DNA of 64,000 nucleotides from Alteromonas sp. (GCA_964220215.1 CAXPTH010000023.1:14218-78217); one strand, 5' to 3'; positions 39,409 to 51,469 are shown, numbered from the stretch's first letter. Notes: generated from the letters alone by a model not told the origin. Made by a program: numbers and translations.

Positions 39409-40692
39409 TTAAACCTGCGCCGGTTGTCCTATTACAACCGGTTGTAGCTGCGAATTTGAATCCGATGTCGAATGCGGAGTTGAATCCGATGGCGAATGTT
39501 GGTCTAGCGCTCTTTCTCGATTGGGACTGCACCGATAAGCCGTAAGCCCAAGCACACTCAGCACACTCAGCCCTAGTAAACCGCATCCAATAATCAACAG
39601 TGTGTTGTCCGCATCATCATCTGTCTCAGGTTTTGAGCCAGCAAGTACTGAATCTATAAATGCTGAGTCTGGGAATTGAATCGGATCACTACTATTGTGT
39701 ACCCATATAACCACCCGTTGTACCTCACCATTATCTGAACGAGTTTTGTCAAAGTAAACTGGAACATTCACATAAATTCTATGGCCAACATCGTCATGGT
39801 TAGGGACGTATGTATCCCCTTGACCAACAACCTTCAGTTCACCACTGCTTGACTTTGAATACCAAATGGGAAGCCCTATGTAATCCGGTCTCGATGCTTC
39901 ATCATCAAATGATATCATCATCCCCATTGGATTGCCCCATCTAGACTCACCTGAAATCGATATCTTCAGTTTTGGATATGGAAAGTCTATGTACCCTAAA
40001 ACAGACCCATCCGGACCTATAGTAATCCAACCATATTCTGAATTTTTTGGAGTTTTTGAAACAAGCGTCAAATTACCGAGCGATGATGAAACTGTACCTA
40101 CTAAAACAGGCGTGCCGGATACATCCAGAAAGACCCCCCCTCCAGAATCGCCTTTTTTTGCTCCCCCGGGTGAATTTACAATAATAGTGTCTTGAAATTC
40201 CTCTGAAACACCGTCATCTTTAACTACAGTCCCTGATAAAGGCTCTTGTGAACCATAGCCTTCAATAATAACAGTTGTGCCCGCTGGCAGATCAAATCCA
40301 GCAACCGGAACTCCCGGTGGGCAGGCCTTCGATTGTAAAGGCACTCCAGGTTGCGGCTCCCCCTTGCCTCGCCTATCTTGAGTGCCTGGTTGTGAGGTGG
40401 GCTGTGGTATTGGCACCGGATCCATCGTAATACGAAGAAAGTCAGACCAGGGTGAATGCCTATCCTTAACATTCCAAGAACCAGCCACTTTGCCCTTTGA
40501 GTCTGGATCCAGACAATGTTTAGCGGATGCAGCCTCACAGCCCCCTGTAACATGAAGAACCGGAGCCACTGAACAACGACCCGATGGTAATTGATACAGA
40601 ACCGTATGTCGAAGCGAACCATCTGCCGGTTTACCACCTGCCGATCCTACAAGGCATGCAAATAAAACCCCTCGTTTTAAATCAAGACGCAC
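39409..40692 (-). CDS. Orphan membrane-anchored trypsin-like (S1) serine protease
   Basis: SAKHC (His), SDFL (Asp candidate), GDSGGG (Ser); Ig-like segment WY...GDTYVPNHDDVGHRIYVNV; C-terminal TM helix LLIIGCGLLGLSVLSVLGLTAY and a Ser/Pro tail. GTG start supported by the promoter. Confidence 0.7.
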   Translation of the reverse strand: MRLDLKRGVLFACLVGSAGGKPADGSLRHTVLYQLPSGRCSVAPVLHVTGGCEAASAKHCLDPDSKGKVAGSWNVKDRHSPWSDFLRITMDPVPIPQPTSQPGTQDRRGKGEPQPGVPLQSKACPPGVPVAGFDLPAGTTVIIEGYGSQEPLSGTVVKDDGVSEEFQDTIIVNSPGGAKKGDSGGGVFLDVSGTPVLVGTVSSSLGNLTLVSKTPKNSEYGWITIGPDGSVLGYIDFPYPKLKISISGESRWGNPMGMMISFDDEASRPDYIGLPIWYSKSSSGELKVVGQGDTYVPNHDDVGHRIYVNVPVYFDKTRSDNGEVQRVVIWVHNSSDPIQFPDSAFIDSVLAGSKPETDDDADNTLLIIGCGLLGLSVLSVLGLTAYRCSPNRERALDQHSPSDSTPHSTSDSNSQLQPVVIGQPAQV

Positions 40693-40698
40693 CCAATG

Positions 40699-40727
40699 AT
40701 TTTATCTAAAAACCATTGGATTGTCAA
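40699..40727 (-). promoter_or_regulatory. Near-consensus sigma70 promoter predicting a leaderless protease mRNA
   Basis: TTGACA(40727-40722)-17-TAAAAT(40704-40699)-6 nt-GTG(40692). Confidence 0.75.
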
Positions 40728-40745
40728 TTTTTAATAAAAAATTTT

Positions 40746-42917
40746 TCATACCAAACTCAATGGCGCATACTTGAGCATTACTGTGCGTTGTGTGGCCCCA
40801 AACTGGATCACCGCCATGGCCTCCACACCCTCTCCAGAGAGCGACACCACCCGGCCACGGCCCCAACTGCTGTGCATCACCTCATCATTCACACACACCG
40901 ACAGCGGCGCCGATGCACTATAGCCCGACGCAGCGGTACTGGCCATGCGATCGGCATCCCCGCCGTCAATTGTATAGACATCCGGATCAAACCGATCCGC
41001 CAAATGCCGCCGATACTGAGCCAGCGATGGGGATAACCGAATGCGCAACACACTGGGATCCATTTCACTTAAAAACCGAGACGGTTCGTTGTACTGCGAA
41101 TTGCCAAACAACAGGCGATGCTTCGCCCCCACCAACACCAACTGCTGCCGCGCCCGGGTCATGGCAACATAACACAACCGCCGCTCTTCTTCCAAATCCG
41201 AATCCCCCTGCAAGGCCCGATAATGCGGCAACAACCCTTCTTCCATCCCCACAATAATAACCCCATCAAATTCCAACCCCTTCGCATGGTGCATCGTCAT
41301 TACCGTAACCGCCGCAGACTCGGATGCCCACGAATCAATGTCCGACATCAAGGCCACCTGATTGAGAAAATCGCCCAAGGGTTCATCGCTGTGCTGGGCC
41401 ATCCCCACAAACTCCTGACAGTTTTGGTATCGGTCCTGAGCATCCGAACTCGGGTCGGCCAATAGCGCCGCCGCATACCCCGACTGCTCAAACACATGCT
41501 GCACAATGGCGCCCACACCCGCCGTCTGGCTTTGCGCCACCGCAGCATCCAACATCTGACAAAAATTGTGGGCCTGCGCCTGCTGCTTGCTGGACAACCG
41601 GACCATCCCATCCCGAAGCACCTGCACAATGGGAATGCCACTGTGCGTGGCAACATCGTTAAGCTTTTGCACCGTCGTGGCACCTATGCCCCGAGACGGC
41701 GCCCCAATCGCACGTTTAAACGCATAGCGATCCGATGGATTGTGCACCAAACGCAAATAGGCAATCAAATCTTTAATTTCTTTGCGATCATAAAACCGAA
41801 CGCCGCCCACAATCGCATAGGGCACTTGGTGACTCATCAAGGCTTCTTCAATCACCCGACTTTGGGTATTTGTCCGCATTAAAATAACCATCTGATCCAT
41901 CGCCATCCCACTCGCCGACCACGTTTGCAAGGTCCGAATGGCATGCACCGCTTCCTCCCGCTCATCCCCAGCCAAATAATACTGAATCGGCTCCCCAGGA
42001 TCGTTGTCGGTCCATAGGCGTTTTTCATGCCGCTGGGTGTTGTGTTGAATCACGCTGTTGGCCGCCGTTAAAATACGCTGCGTCGACCGATAGTTTTGTT
42101 CTAAATAAACTTTTTCAACCGACTTGAAATCCGTTTCAAAAGCCAGCATGTGCTGCACATCCGCCCCTCGCCAGGTATAAATGGTTTGGTCAAAATCCCC
42201 CACCACACACACATCCGGACGATCCCCCACCAACAACCGCGTCAGCGCATATTGGCATTGGTTCACATCCTGGTACTCGTCCACAATAATATACTGAAAC
42301 CGATCCCGATACAGCGTTAATACCGTTGGGTGCTCGCGCAACAATTGCACGGCATACAAAAGCATGTCATCAAAATCTATCGCATTTTGCTGAATCAGCG
42401 CAGCTTGATACGCCTCATAGAGGGCCACCATGTGCCGGTCATACAACGGATGCTGGGTGGCTTGGCGAAACTGATCTGGCCAATAGCCATCGGTTTTAAT
42501 GCGGCTAATCAGCCCCACCCACTGGCCCGGAGTTAACGTTCGATTCACCGAAATGGTTTTCAAACACTCTTTGATAATGGCTTGTTGGTCTTGGCTATCA
42601 AAAATAACAAATTGATTGTCTCGCCCCAAATGATGGAACGACTCGCGCAGCATCATCCCACACAGACCATGAAAGGTACTCATGGTGGGCAAGGCCGACG
42701 CAAATCCCAGCCGGTTTTTCACGCGCTGCTTTAATTCATTGGCTGCCTTATTGGTAAACGCTATCGCCAAAATATGCTGCGGCAGCCTATACCCCGTTTC
42801 AATGAGCCGATGAATCTTTTCAACAATCACAGTCGTTTTGCCCGCACCCGCCCCAGCGACAACCAATAACGGCCGCCCGGAACTGGCCAATACGGACGCT
42901 TGTCGCTCATTTAACAT
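40746..42917 (-). CDS. pcrA: ATP-dependent DNA helicase UvrD/PcrA
   Basis: AGAGAGKT, FTNKAA, VDEYQD, VGDFDQTIY, LEQNYRS, HHAKGLEF, EERRLCYVAMTRA. Start ATG 42917. Confidence 0.95.
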   Translation of the reverse strand: MLNERQASVLASSGRPLLVVAGAGAGKTTVIVEKIHRLIETGYRLPQHILAIAFTNKAANELKQRVKNRLGFASALPTMSTFHGLCGMMLRESFHHLGRDNQFVIFDSQDQQAIIKECLKTISVNRTLTPGQWVGLISRIKTDGYWPDQFRQATQHPLYDRHMVALYEAYQAALIQQNAIDFDDMLLYAVQLLREHPTVLTLYRDRFQYIIVDEYQDVNQCQYALTRLLVGDRPDVCVVGDFDQTIYTWRGADVQHMLAFETDFKSVEKVYLEQNYRSTQRILTAANSVIQHNTQRHEKRLWTDNDPGEPIQYYLAGDEREEAVHAIRTLQTWSASGMAMDQMVILMRTNTQSRVIEEALMSHQVPYAIVGGVRFYDRKEIKDLIAYLRLVHNPSDRYAFKRAIGAPSRGIGATTVQKLNDVATHSGIPIVQVLRDGMVRLSSKQQAQAHNFCQMLDAAVAQSQTAGVGAIVQHVFEQSGYAAALLADPSSDAQDRYQNCQEFVGMAQHSDEPLGDFLNQVALMSDIDSWASESAAVTVMTMHHAKGLEFDGVIIVGMEEGLLPHYRALQGDSDLEEERRLCYVAMTRARQQLVLVGAKHRLLFGNSQYNEPSRFLSEMDPSVLRIRLSPSLAQYRRHLADRFDPDVYTIDGGDADRMASTAASGYSASAPLSVCVNDEVMHSSWGRGRVVSLSGEGVEAMAVIQFGATQRTVMLKYAPLSLV

Positions 42918-43660
42918 GGTGTTTTCCTCGCTACAACATACAGGGATGGCGCAATTAAATACCGCCCCAACAGCCCCTGAACCCCCCGATCCAAACCGGC
43001 TAAAACCCGCGCACTCACCCGACGCTTCAGCCATGGATTTCGAAAAAACGAATGACTCACGCGATGCTCCATCGAAAAACCATGCTGCTGCATCACTGCA
43101 AACACATGCTCGGGCAAATAATTGTAAAACAATCGGCCCAAGGCCATGGGCGTCGTGTCATGCGGATTGTGCGCCATCCGCCCCAACCGAAACCGAAGCC
43201 GATTTAACCAATGTTTTTGATTGGGAATTTCAAGAATTAACACCCCCCCCGGTCGCAACACCCGATTTAACTCTGAAAATACCGCATCTAAATTGGGCGT
43301 ATGATGCAATACCCGCATCATAATCACCGCATCCATCTGGGGCCAATGCGTCGGCAACTCATACACACTGGCTTGCTGAAAAACCACCGAATCTGACTGG
43401 ATCGCTTGCTGGGCTTGATCCAACATGGATTGCGAATAATCCACCAAATAAAATTGGTTGGCACTGGCAGAATAGGCCGGAAATAACCGCCCAAACCCAC
43501 ACCCGACATCCAATAAGGTCTCGCCGGCTACATACCGCTGACAAAGCTGCTGAACCAAGTGATGCTCCACCTGGTGCTCATAGTCTCGACCGGTCCAAAA
43601 CTCGGCTTGGTAATCGTACTGATCGTATTGGCAAACAGCGTCTGTATCCGAAACCGCCAT
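42911..43660 (-). CDS. Class I SAM-dependent methyltransferase
   Basis: LLDVGCGFGR, VDYSQSML, VLHH, RVLRPGG. Confidence 0.88.
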   Translation of the reverse strand: MAVSDTDAVCQYDQYDYQAEFWTGRDYEHQVEHHLVQQLCQRYVAGETLLDVGCGFGRLFPAYSASANQFYLVDYSQSMLDQAQQAIQSDSVVFQQASVYELPTHWPQMDAVIMMRVLHHTPNLDAVFSELNRVLRPGGVLILEIPNQKHWLNRLRFRLGRMAHNPHDTTPMALGRLFYNYLPEHVFAVMQQHGFSMEHRVSHSFFRNPWLKRRVSARVLAGLDRGVQGLLGRYLIAPSLYVVARKTPC

Positions 43661-44568
43661 CAGACTAAGTCAGTGCCGAGGCCAGCATACCGATGGTACG
43701 TCTGGTACTCCGTTTTTAATTGTGCGGATGTCACGTCGGCTAGGCCTTGCGTCCCCAACCCTTGAACCGTGTTGGATGCCAACAACGTGCCATGAACCAT
43801 CGCGCGACGAATGCCATCCAAATCCACCGTATCCAATTGATCCAAAATGCCAACCAAACCACCCGCAAAGGTATCCCCCGCACCCGTTGGGTCTACCGCC
43901 GTCATAATGGGCACGGCGGGAACCACGCAAAACTGCGTACCATCATAAAACAATGCGCCATGCTCCCCTTTCTTCACAATAATATGCCGCGGCCCATACG
44001 ATAAGGCAATGGGCAAGGCGGCCATAATGCTGCTGGCTCCTGTTAATTGCATGAGTTCCTGATCGTTAAGCACCACCAGGTCCACCAACGGCAACACGTC
44101 CAGCAACGCCTCTCGCTTGTGTTCAATCCAGAAATTCATCGTATCCAACACAACACAACTCGGCGACTGGACCTGCTGAATGGCTTTTTTTTGCAATTCC
44201 GGATCCACATTGGCACAAAATACCGTTTTTGCCGACCGCCATGCGTCCGGAACCTGTGGGTTAAAGTCCACCAAAACATTTAAATCCGTTTGCCGCGTCA
44301 TCGCTTGCGCCATATCCCCGGTATAGTAGCCACTCCAATGAAAGGTATCGCCATCGCCAACAGCAATACCAGTCGTATCAATATTGCGCGTGTGAAACGC
44401 CGCATACTGATTAAAATCATGCCCCACAATACTGACCACGCCGACCGAACTAAACAACGCCGCCGCCATAGACGCATAGGTAGCCGAGCCCCCCAACAAT
44501 CGATGCCCCTGACTGGTCGGGGTTTCTATCGTATCAAACGCTACTGTTCCAATAATTAATACACTCAT
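43660..44568 (-). CDS. PfkB-family carbohydrate/nucleoside kinase
   Basis: GTVAFDTIETP, LGGSATY, DTMNFWI, KKGEHG, DPTGAGDTFAGG. Start ATG 44568. Confidence 0.92.
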   Translation of the reverse strand: MSVLIIGTVAFDTIETPTSQGHRLLGGSATYASMAAALFSSVGVVSIVGHDFNQYAAFHTRNIDTTGIAVGDGDTFHWSGYYTGDMAQAMTRQTDLNVLVDFNPQVPDAWRSAKTVFCANVDPELQKKAIQQVQSPSCVVLDTMNFWIEHKREALLDVLPLVDLVVLNDQELMQLTGASSIMAALPIALSYGPRHIIVKKGEHGALFYDGTQFCVVPAVPIMTAVDPTGAGDTFAGGLVGILDQLDTVDLDGIRRAMVHGTLLASNTVQGLGTQGLADVTSAQLKTEYQTYHRYAGLGTDLV

Positions 44569-47264
44569 TGCACAACCTCCACAACATCCGCACACCGCGC
44601 ACACACTTGATCCGACACCGTCGCATCATACCGCCAACATCGATCGCATTTTTCATACTCAACCGGGGTCACCGAAACCTGGGGGTCTGGCATGGATTCA
44701 TCCACAGTACAGGTAACCTCGGCGACCAAAAGCACCGTCCGCCACTCGGTAAACGTCTGCAAATGGGCCAAGGACTCCGGCAAAACTACGGCCACGCGTG
44801 TTTGTAAAAATTGCTTAATGGTTTTGTTTTGACGCAACACTTCGGCTGCTTGATACACCCGTTCTTTAATGGCAAACACCGCCGCCCACGTTGTATCCGC
44901 TTCCTGCTTGGCCAATGCTGTTGAATAGGTCCCGGATGCCAAAAATGACAGATCATGGACGCTCGTGGCTGTTTTGAACGCATAATGATGATAGGCATCC
45001 TCAGCGGTAAACACCAAAATCGGGGCGATCATGCGAATTAACAACTCAAACAAATACATCAAGGCAGATTGCGCGCATTGACGGGATTCAGATTGAGGCG
45101 CATCGCAATACAAACGATCTTTTACACTGTCTAAATAATGCGCACTGAGATCCCCCGAACAAAACTGAACAATCCGCTGAACGGCTCGGTGAATGGCCAA
45201 CGAATCGTAATCCCGCACCACGGCATCGTGTACCGTTTGCGCCTCGTGGACAATCCACCGATCCAACGGTGTCAGATCATCTACCGGCACACCCTCGCCA
45301 GAATATCCATGCAAATTACCCAGTAAAAACCGCACCGTATTGCGAATTTTTAAAAACGCCTGCTTGGCTTGATCCAACAACTGCGGCGACAATTGCACAT
45401 CGTCTTTTACATCCACTGACGCCACCCACCAACGCAAAATATCTGCCCCATAGGTTCGAATAATTTGATCGGGTTTGGTGGCATTGCCTTTGGACTTGCT
45501 CATTTTCTTGCCCTGCTCATCCACAATAAACCCATGCGTCATAACCGCTTTAAAGGGCGGGGCTTGCCGAACCGCCAACGCCAACAACAATGCCGACTGA
45601 AACCAGCCCCGATGTTGGTCTGTCCCTTCAATCACCAAATCGGCGGGCTCAGCATCCAACATAAAGCTACTCCCCGATTCAAACCAGACATCTAAAATAT
45701 CCATCACTTTATCAAACGCCTGCCCCCCACACGATGCACAGGTTGTATCATCGGGTAGGATCTGGGCCGCGGATTGCTCAAACCAAACGGTCGACCCATG
45801 GGTGCGAACAGCCGCCTGAATAGCGGCATTCACCTCGGGCGTTAGCACGGGTGCCTCACACGATTGGCACCGAACCACCGGAATGGGAATCCCCCACCGG
45901 CGCTGCCGGGAAATGCACCAATCGGGCCGTTGCTCAATCATCGCTTGAATGCGTGTTTGCCCCCACCCGGGCACCCATTGAATACGGGCCAAGGACTCCA
46001 GCGCCATGGCCCGCAAGGTTTTCCCATTGGGCATGGGCGTGTCCATTGCAATGAACCATTGGGGAGTTGCCCGAAAAATAACGGGATTGTGACACCGCCA
46101 GCAGTGCGGGTATGCATGCTGAATCGTCGCCGAATGCACCAAGCGATGAGTGGCATTGAGGTGATCCCGAATTTGCGGTGACGCCTTGAACACAAACTGA
46201 CCCGCCCAATCCCCCTGGGTTAAGCAGCCCGAATCATCCACAGGCATTACCACATCCCAGCCATAGCGCTGACCCACCTGATAGTCATCCACACCATGAC
46301 CGGGTGCAATATGCACAATGCCAGTCCCATCACTGTCCGTAACAAAATCAGCCGACCCAATGGGCGCCGCCTGATCTAAAAATGGGTGTTGGGCCTCAAC
46401 ACCCACTAAGTCTCGGCCATACACCGTTGCCAGGCATTGACCCGATACCCCCAGTGTTTCGGATAAAGCGGCCCACCGCGTGTTTGCTACAACGGCCACT
46501 TCAGCGCCCAAGTCAAACACCCCGTATTCCAAATCCGGATGCACGGCCAACCCCACATTGGCGGGCAAGGTCCACGGGGTTGTGGTCCAAACCCATAGGG
46601 ATGCGGGCAAGGCTGTGTCAACACCGGGCAATTGGCTCACGGGAAATCGAACCGTTACGGACAGCGATTGATGGGTATCGTATTCAATTTCAGCTTCAGC
46701 CAAGGCCGTTTTGCATGTTGTGCACCAATGAATGGGTTTGCGCCCATGATACACTAAGCCGGCCGCCACCAAATGCCCAAACACAGCCACGACATGGGCT
46801 TCATAATCGGGATTGGCCGTCAAATACGGACGGGACCACGCCGCATCGATGCCCAACCGCTGAAACCCCGTCCGCTGACGCTCCACATAATCCTGAGCAA
46901 AGGCCTGGCACTGATCGCGAAAGGCAACGGAATTGGTCGCATCCACCGATTGCTGTTTAATCACTTGCGTTTCAATGGGTAAGCCGTGGCAGTCCCATCC
47001 CGGTTGAAAATCAATGCGATGGCCCATCATACGCCGAGACCGACACACCATGTCTTTCACCACTTTATTTAACGCATGCCCGGCATGAATGTCCCCATTG
47101 GGATACGGGGGTCCATCGTGCAAGCGATACCGCGGGGCATCGGATTTTTCTTGGGGCTGATCCGCCCATTGCGCCAACCACCGCGGTTCCATATCCGCTA
47201 AACCCGCACGTGCGGGAAAGTCCGTTTGGGGTAACTGAACGGTATCTTTTAACCGATCACTCAT
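44565..47264 (-). CDS. ileS: Isoleucine--tRNA ligase (type 1)
   Basis: [47 protein letters not shown]-terminal zinc finger. Confidence 0.97.
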   Translation of the reverse strand: MSDRLKDTVQLPQTDFPARAGLADMEPRWLAQWADQPQEKSDAPRYRLHDGPPYPNGDIHAGHALNKVVKDMVCRSRRMMGHRIDFQPGWDCHGLPIETQVIKQQSVDATNSVAFRDQCQAFAQDYVERQRTGFQRLGIDAAWSRPYLTANPDYEAHVVAVFGHLVAAGLVYHGRKPIHWCTTCKTALAEAEIEYDTHQSLSVTVRFPVSQLPGVDTALPASLWVWTTTPWTLPANVGLAVHPDLEYGVFDLGAEVAVVANTRWAALSETLGVSGQCLATVYGRDLVGVEAQHPFLDQAAPIGSADFVTDSDGTGIVHIAPGHGVDDYQVGQRYGWDVVMPVDDSGCLTQGDWAGQFVFKASPQIRDHLNATHRLVHSATIQHAYPHCWRCHNPVIFRATPQWFIAMDTPMPNGKTLRAMALESLARIQWVPGWGQTRIQAMIEQRPDWCISRQRRWGIPIPVVRCQSCEAPVLTPEVNAAIQAAVRTHGSTVWFEQSAAQILPDDTTCASCGGQAFDKVMDILDVWFESGSSFMLDAEPADLVIEGTDQHRGWFQSALLLALAVRQAPPFKAVMTHGFIVDEQGKKMSKSKGNATKPDQIIRTYGADILRWWVASVDVKDDVQLSPQLLDQAKQAFLKIRNTVRFLLGNLHGYSGEGVPVDDLTPLDRWIVHEAQTVHDAVVRDYDSLAIHRAVQRIVQFCSGDLSAHYLDSVKDRLYCDAPQSESRQCAQSALMYLFELLIRMIAPILVFTAEDAYHHYAFKTATSVHDLSFLASGTYSTALAKQEADTTWAAVFAIKERVYQAAEVLRQNKTIKQFLQTRVAVVLPESLAHLQTFTEWRTVLLVAEVTCTVDESMPDPQVSVTPVEYEKCDRCWRYDATVSDQVCARCADVVEVVQ

Positions 47265-48391
47265 GAAGCCGCCAACTCATCGATCACCGATCGTTGAAAA
47301 TCCGCCGCCGTATTATTGTCTAAATAAGCCATGACATCCGCTTGCGTAATGGTCACCGATTCCACCGAGCCATCGGGTGCATGAAACATCGTATCCAACA
47401 ACAGCGTTTCCACAATGGTCCGCAAGGCGCGCGCCCCCACTTTACGCTTCTTGGCAATTTTAGCAATTAACGCCAACGCCGCATCCTCAATCGTTAAGTG
47501 AATCCCGTCCATCCCCAACAACGCCGTGTATTGCTTAATAATGGCGTTTTTCGGCTGGGTTAAAATTTGAATAAATGCGGCTTCATCCAAATGCTGCAAG
47601 GGTGCAATCACCGGCAACCGACCAATCAGCTCAGGAATAATCCCAAACTTTAATAAGTCTTCTTGTTGCACATGATCAAATAATGCGTATTCCGGAACCG
47701 TGTCCCCAGCCAAGTCCCCCGTTTTAAACCCGATCGATTGCTGATTGAGTCGGGCTTGAATAATGGATTCTAGGCCATGAAACGCCCCGCCCACAATAAA
47801 TAAAATATTGGCCGTGTTCATCGTAAAAAACGCCTGCCCCGGATGCTTGCGCCCCCCGCGGGCCGGAATATTCACCAGGGTCCCTTCAAGCATTTTTAAC
47901 AACGCCTGCTGAACCCCCTCTCCCGATACATCTCGGGTAATGGATGTGTTTTCAGACTTGCGGGTAATTTTATCAATCTCATCAATGTAAATAATGCCTT
48001 TTTCGGCCAATTCAATAGACTCATCCGCTGTTTGATACAACCGAAACAAGACCGTTTCCACGTCTTCCCCAACATACCCCGATTCGGTTAGAGTCGTGGC
48101 ATCCGCAATGGCAAACGGCACACCCAATAGCTTGGCCAATGATTGGGCAAACAGTGTTTTACCCGTCCCGGTAGGGCCCACCAGTAAAATATTGCTTTTT
48201 TGAATTTCCACATCGGACATGTGATCCAGGGCCAATAAGCGCTTGTAATGGTTGTACACTGCAACGGCGATGACTTTTTTAGCATACGCCTGACCAATAA
48301 TATACTGCTCAAAAAACGCATAAATTTCCGAGGGCTTGGGTATCGGGATTGATACAGACTCGGGTGCGTGGTCGTCGTGATCCAAACTCAT
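47261..48391 (-). CDS. clpX: Clp protease ATP-binding subunit ClpX lacking the N-terminal zinc-binding domain
   Basis: [55 protein letters not shown] loop, GARALR. Confidence 0.96.
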   Translation of the reverse strand: MSLDHDDHAPESVSIPIPKPSEIYAFFEQYIIGQAYAKKVIAVAVYNHYKRLLALDHMSDVEIQKSNILLVGPTGTGKTLFAQSLAKLLGVPFAIADATTLTESGYVGEDVETVLFRLYQTADESIELAEKGIIYIDEIDKITRKSENTSITRDVSGEGVQQALLKMLEGTLVNIPARGGRKHPGQAFFTMNTANILFIVGGAFHGLESIIQARLNQQSIGFKTGDLAGDTVPEYALFDHVQQEDLLKFGIIPELIGRLPVIAPLQHLDEAAFIQILTQPKNAIIKQYTALLGMDGIHLTIEDAALALIAKIAKKRKVGARALRTIVETLLLDTMFHAPDGSVESVTITQADVMAYLDNNTAADFQRSVIDELAAS

Positions 48392-48398
48392 ACCCCCT

Positions 48399-48983
48399 CT
48401 ATTTTTTTGTAATAATTTCGTCGATAATTCCGTATTTTAAGGCTTCATCGGCAGTCATAAAATAATCCCGTTCGGTATCCGCTTGAATTTTTTCCAACGG
48501 TTGCCCGGTATGATGCACCAAAATATCATTTAATCGCTTTTTAATGCGTAAAATTTCATTGGCCTGAATTTCAATATCCGTGGCCTGGCCTTGCGCCCCG
48601 CCTAACGGCTGATGAATCATAATTCGCGCATTGGGCAACGCATAGCGTTTACCCGCCTCTCCGGCACACAACAACAACGCCCCCATCGACGCTGCTTGGC
48701 CAATACAGATTGTCGAAACTGGCGATTTAATGTACTGCATGGTGTCGTAAATGGCCATCCCTGACGTCACCACACCGCCCGGACTGTTAACATACATAAA
48801 AATTTCTTTTTCACTATTTTCAGCTTCCAAAAACAACAACTGCGCAATAACCGTACTCGCCATGCTGTCCGATACCCCATCCGCTAAAAATACAATCCGC
48901 TCTTTTAACAAGCGTGAGTAAATATCGTACGATCGCTCACCGCGTCCAGTTTGCTCAATAACCATTGGGATTAATGTTGACAT
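48399..48983 (-). CDS. clpP: Clp protease proteolytic subunit
   Basis: [32 protein letters not shown]. Start ATG 48983. Confidence 0.98.
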   Translation of the reverse strand: MSTLIPMVIEQTGRGERSYDIYSRLLKERIVFLADGVSDSMASTVIAQLLFLEAENSEKEIFMYVNSPGGVVTSGMAIYDTMQYIKSPVSTICIGQAASMGALLLCAGEAGKRYALPNARIMIHQPLGGAQGQATDIEIQANEILRIKKRLNDILVHHTGQPLEKIQADTERDYFMTADEALKYGIIDEIITKK

Positions 48984-48997
48984 GGGGGTCTCCTTGT

Positions 48998-50290
48998 TTA
49001 TTTCCATTTCGTCTCAGATACTAAAAAGTCCAGTGTTTTGCGGCTAATCACATCCGCTCGAAACAATCCCTCGTCAATATTATGCTGTCGGCATGTTGCC
49101 AAGTCTGGGAACTGCGGAACATTTAAGCTTTGGATGTACGCATCCAAATCCGCATCATCGGCCACAATAGTCTCGGCATCGGCAACGGCCTTAATGACCA
49201 AGCGCTCTTTAACTGATTTTTCAGCATCGGGCCGAAAATTCTCTTTGATATGCGCCTCTGTTGTTTGCTGAAATTGGCAATACTGATCCAAACTCAACCC
49301 TTGACGTTGAACCATGGATGAAAATTGACGAAATTGCTGCTCAACTTCTTGCTCAATCATCACTGCGGGCACATCAATCGTTAACGACTCGACAATCGCG
49401 GTAATGACCGTCGCACGATCAGTTGAAACAGCAGCCGCTTCTCGCTCTTTTTGCAATTTTTCACGCATTGCTGCGTAATACAAATCAACGGATTTGTGTT
49501 CGCTAATACTGGCCACCCACTCATCCGTCAACTCTGGCTCAGCCCACGATTGAATTTGGGTGATTTTAACCTGAAACTCAACCGTCTTCCCCTGAACATC
49601 TGGGTTATTAAATTCATCAGAATAGGCCACAGAAAACGTTTTTTCAGCATCCAGCGTTAAACCTTCTAACTCAGCATCAAACTCTGGACCGTAGGGTCCT
49701 TTACCAATAATGGTACCGGATGTTTCTCGCGTCCACAGATCATAGGCCGTGCCATCGCATGTGGCAACCATACTAAACCGAACCATGTCCCCAGACCCGA
49801 TCTCCTGAGTATCTCCTTCGGCCACCGGCTCAAATTTTCCATGCCGTTTTCGCTCATCGGCAATGTAGGCTTCTACATCTGAATCGCTCACGGATACATC
49901 CGCTTTTTCCAGCTTTAGTCCCTTGTATTTTCCCAGTTTAATCGTAGGCTGAACCGTCAACTCACAGGAAAACTGAATGGGTTTTTCCAAATCATAGGGC
50001 TCGATATTGACGTTGTTGGGGTTGTCCACAACTTTCAAATCCAACGCTTTAATGGCCGATTGATACGCCGCTTCAATCGCTTCGATCACGGCCTCCTTCA
50101 TAATCGGCTCTTGACCATAATTGCGTTCAAACACCGCGCGCGGCACTTTACCCTTTCGAAATCCATTGACTTTGGCTGTTTTTGCAACCCGTGGGTACAC
50201 AACATCCATAAGATCCACAGCCGCTTGAATGTCTTCCTCAACGGATAAAAAAACAGTATTTCCCTCTCGATCTGATTTTACAATTTTCAT
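48998..50290 (-). CDS. tig: Trigger factor
   Basis: GFRKGKVP signature and FKBP-like middle domain; upstream of clpP-clpX. Confidence 0.95.
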   Translation of the reverse strand: MKIVKSDREGNTVFLSVEEDIQAAVDLMDVVYPRVAKTAKVNGFRKGKVPRAVFERNYGQEPIMKEAVIEAIEAAYQSAIKALDLKVVDNPNNVNIEPYDLEKPIQFSCELTVQPTIKLGKYKGLKLEKADVSVSDSDVEAYIADERKRHGKFEPVAEGDTQEIGSGDMVRFSMVATCDGTAYDLWTRETSGTIIGKGPYGPEFDAELEGLTLDAEKTFSVAYSDEFNNPDVQGKTVEFQVKITQIQSWAEPELTDEWVASISEHKSVDLYYAAMREKLQKEREAAAVSTDRATVITAIVESLTIDVPAVMIEQEVEQQFRQFSSMVQRQGLSLDQYCQFQQTTEAHIKENFRPDAEKSVKERLVIKAVADAETIVADDADLDAYIQSLNVPQFPDLATCRQHNIDEGLFRADVISRKTLDFLVSETKWK

Positions 50291-50339
50291 TGTTGTTGCC
50301 TACCTATTTGTTATCGTTAATACTTATAATCACCTTTAA

Positions 50340-50368
50340 ATTGTCCCGAATATTGAGGGCGGTGTCAA
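50340..50368 (-). promoter_or_regulatory. sigma70 promoter of the tig-clpP-clpX operon
   Basis: TTGACA(50368-50363)-17-GACAAT(50345-50340). Confidence 0.65.
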
Positions 50369-50378
50369 GCCAACACGC

Positions 50379-51443
50379 TTAAATTTGCTCACGCAGTGTA
50401 TCCACCAGACGAATCAAATAGCGGACATTGTGAATACTCAGCAACGTCGCTGCCGACAATTCCCGGGCTTGAATTAGATGCCGCAAGTATGCCCGTGAAA
50501 ATCGCAGGCAGGTGTAGCAATCACAACCCGGCTGAATCGGCTCTGGGTCCAACTTAAACGTGGCCTGCTTCAACGACACCCGCTGATGCCCATCCATAAA
50601 CACTTGCCCATGACGCGCCAAGCGTGTGGGTAGTACACAATCAAACATATCCGCCCCGGCTCGGATCGCCACTTCCAAATTTTCGGGCAACCCAATGCCC
50701 ATAATATAGCGTGGTTTATCGGGCGGCAGTTGGGGCGTGACTGTTTCAATAATGCGATGCATGTCTGCCATGGGCTCCCCCACGCTCACCCCCCCAATGG
50801 CAAATCCAGAAAATGGGTACTGGGTCAGCGCCGCCACACTGGCTTGCCGCAAATCATCAAACATGCCCCCTTGAACCAACCCAAATAACAATTGGTCTGT
50901 GCCCAACGACTGCCAATAATCAACCGCCTCCGCCTCCCACCGATGCGTTATGGCCATATCCGCGTCTGTCTGTCTGTGGCTGGCCCCATATGGCGTGCAA
51001 ATATCCAAGGGCATCATGATATCGCTGCCCAATCGAACCTGATGATCAATGACATTTTTGGGCGTAAACCGATGCTTGGACCCATCCAAATGGGACTTAA
51101 ACACCACCCCTTCAGAATCAATAGCCCGCTGCGATTGCAATGAAAAAACCTGATACCCGCCGGAGTCCGTTAAAATGGGACGGTCCCAGTGCATAAATGA
51201 ATGCAAGCCACCCGCCGCTTGAATCAGCTCGGATCCAGGCCGCAAGGCCAAATGATACGTGTTTGACAAAATAATTTGAGCCCCCAGGTCCGTTAACTGG
51301 TCCGGCAATACCCCTTTAACCGCCGCTTGCGTCCCCACCGGCATGAACACGGGTGTATCAATATAGCCATGGGGCGTCCACAATCGCCCCCGCCGTGCGT
51401 TGGAGTTGGTGGCTGTCTTTAAAATTGAAAACCCACGATGCAT
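50379..51443 (-). CDS. tgt: tRNA-guanine(34) transglycosylase
   Basis: TPVFMPVGT, NTYHL, TDSGGYQVFSL, VQGG, DMFDCVLPTR, CDCYTC, HN. Confidence 0.97.
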   Translation of the reverse strand: MHRGFSILKTATNSNARRGRLWTPHGYIDTPVFMPVGTQAAVKGVLPDQLTDLGAQIILSNTYHLALRPGSELIQAAGGLHSFMHWDRPILTDSGGYQVFSLQSQRAIDSEGVVFKSHLDGSKHRFTPKNVIDHQVRLGSDIMMPLDICTPYGASHRQTDADMAITHRWEAEAVDYWQSLGTDQLLFGLVQGGMFDDLRQASVAALTQYPFSGFAIGGVSVGEPMADMHRIIETVTPQLPPDKPRYIMGIGLPENLEVAIRAGADMFDCVLPTRLARHGQVFMDGHQRVSLKQATFKLDPEPIQPGCDCYTCLRFSRAYLRHLIQARELSAATLLSIHNVRYLIRLVDTLREQI

Positions 51444-51469
51444 ACGATCTATGGTACTATATTATACAT

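Noticed and set aside
40790..46960. Long plus-strand ORFs such as 40790-41257, 42838-43323 and 46382-46960
   Set aside because: Antisense shadows of pcrA, the methyltransferase and ileS with Pro/Arg/Thr-biased, motif-free translations; the same applies to most short ORFs in the track.
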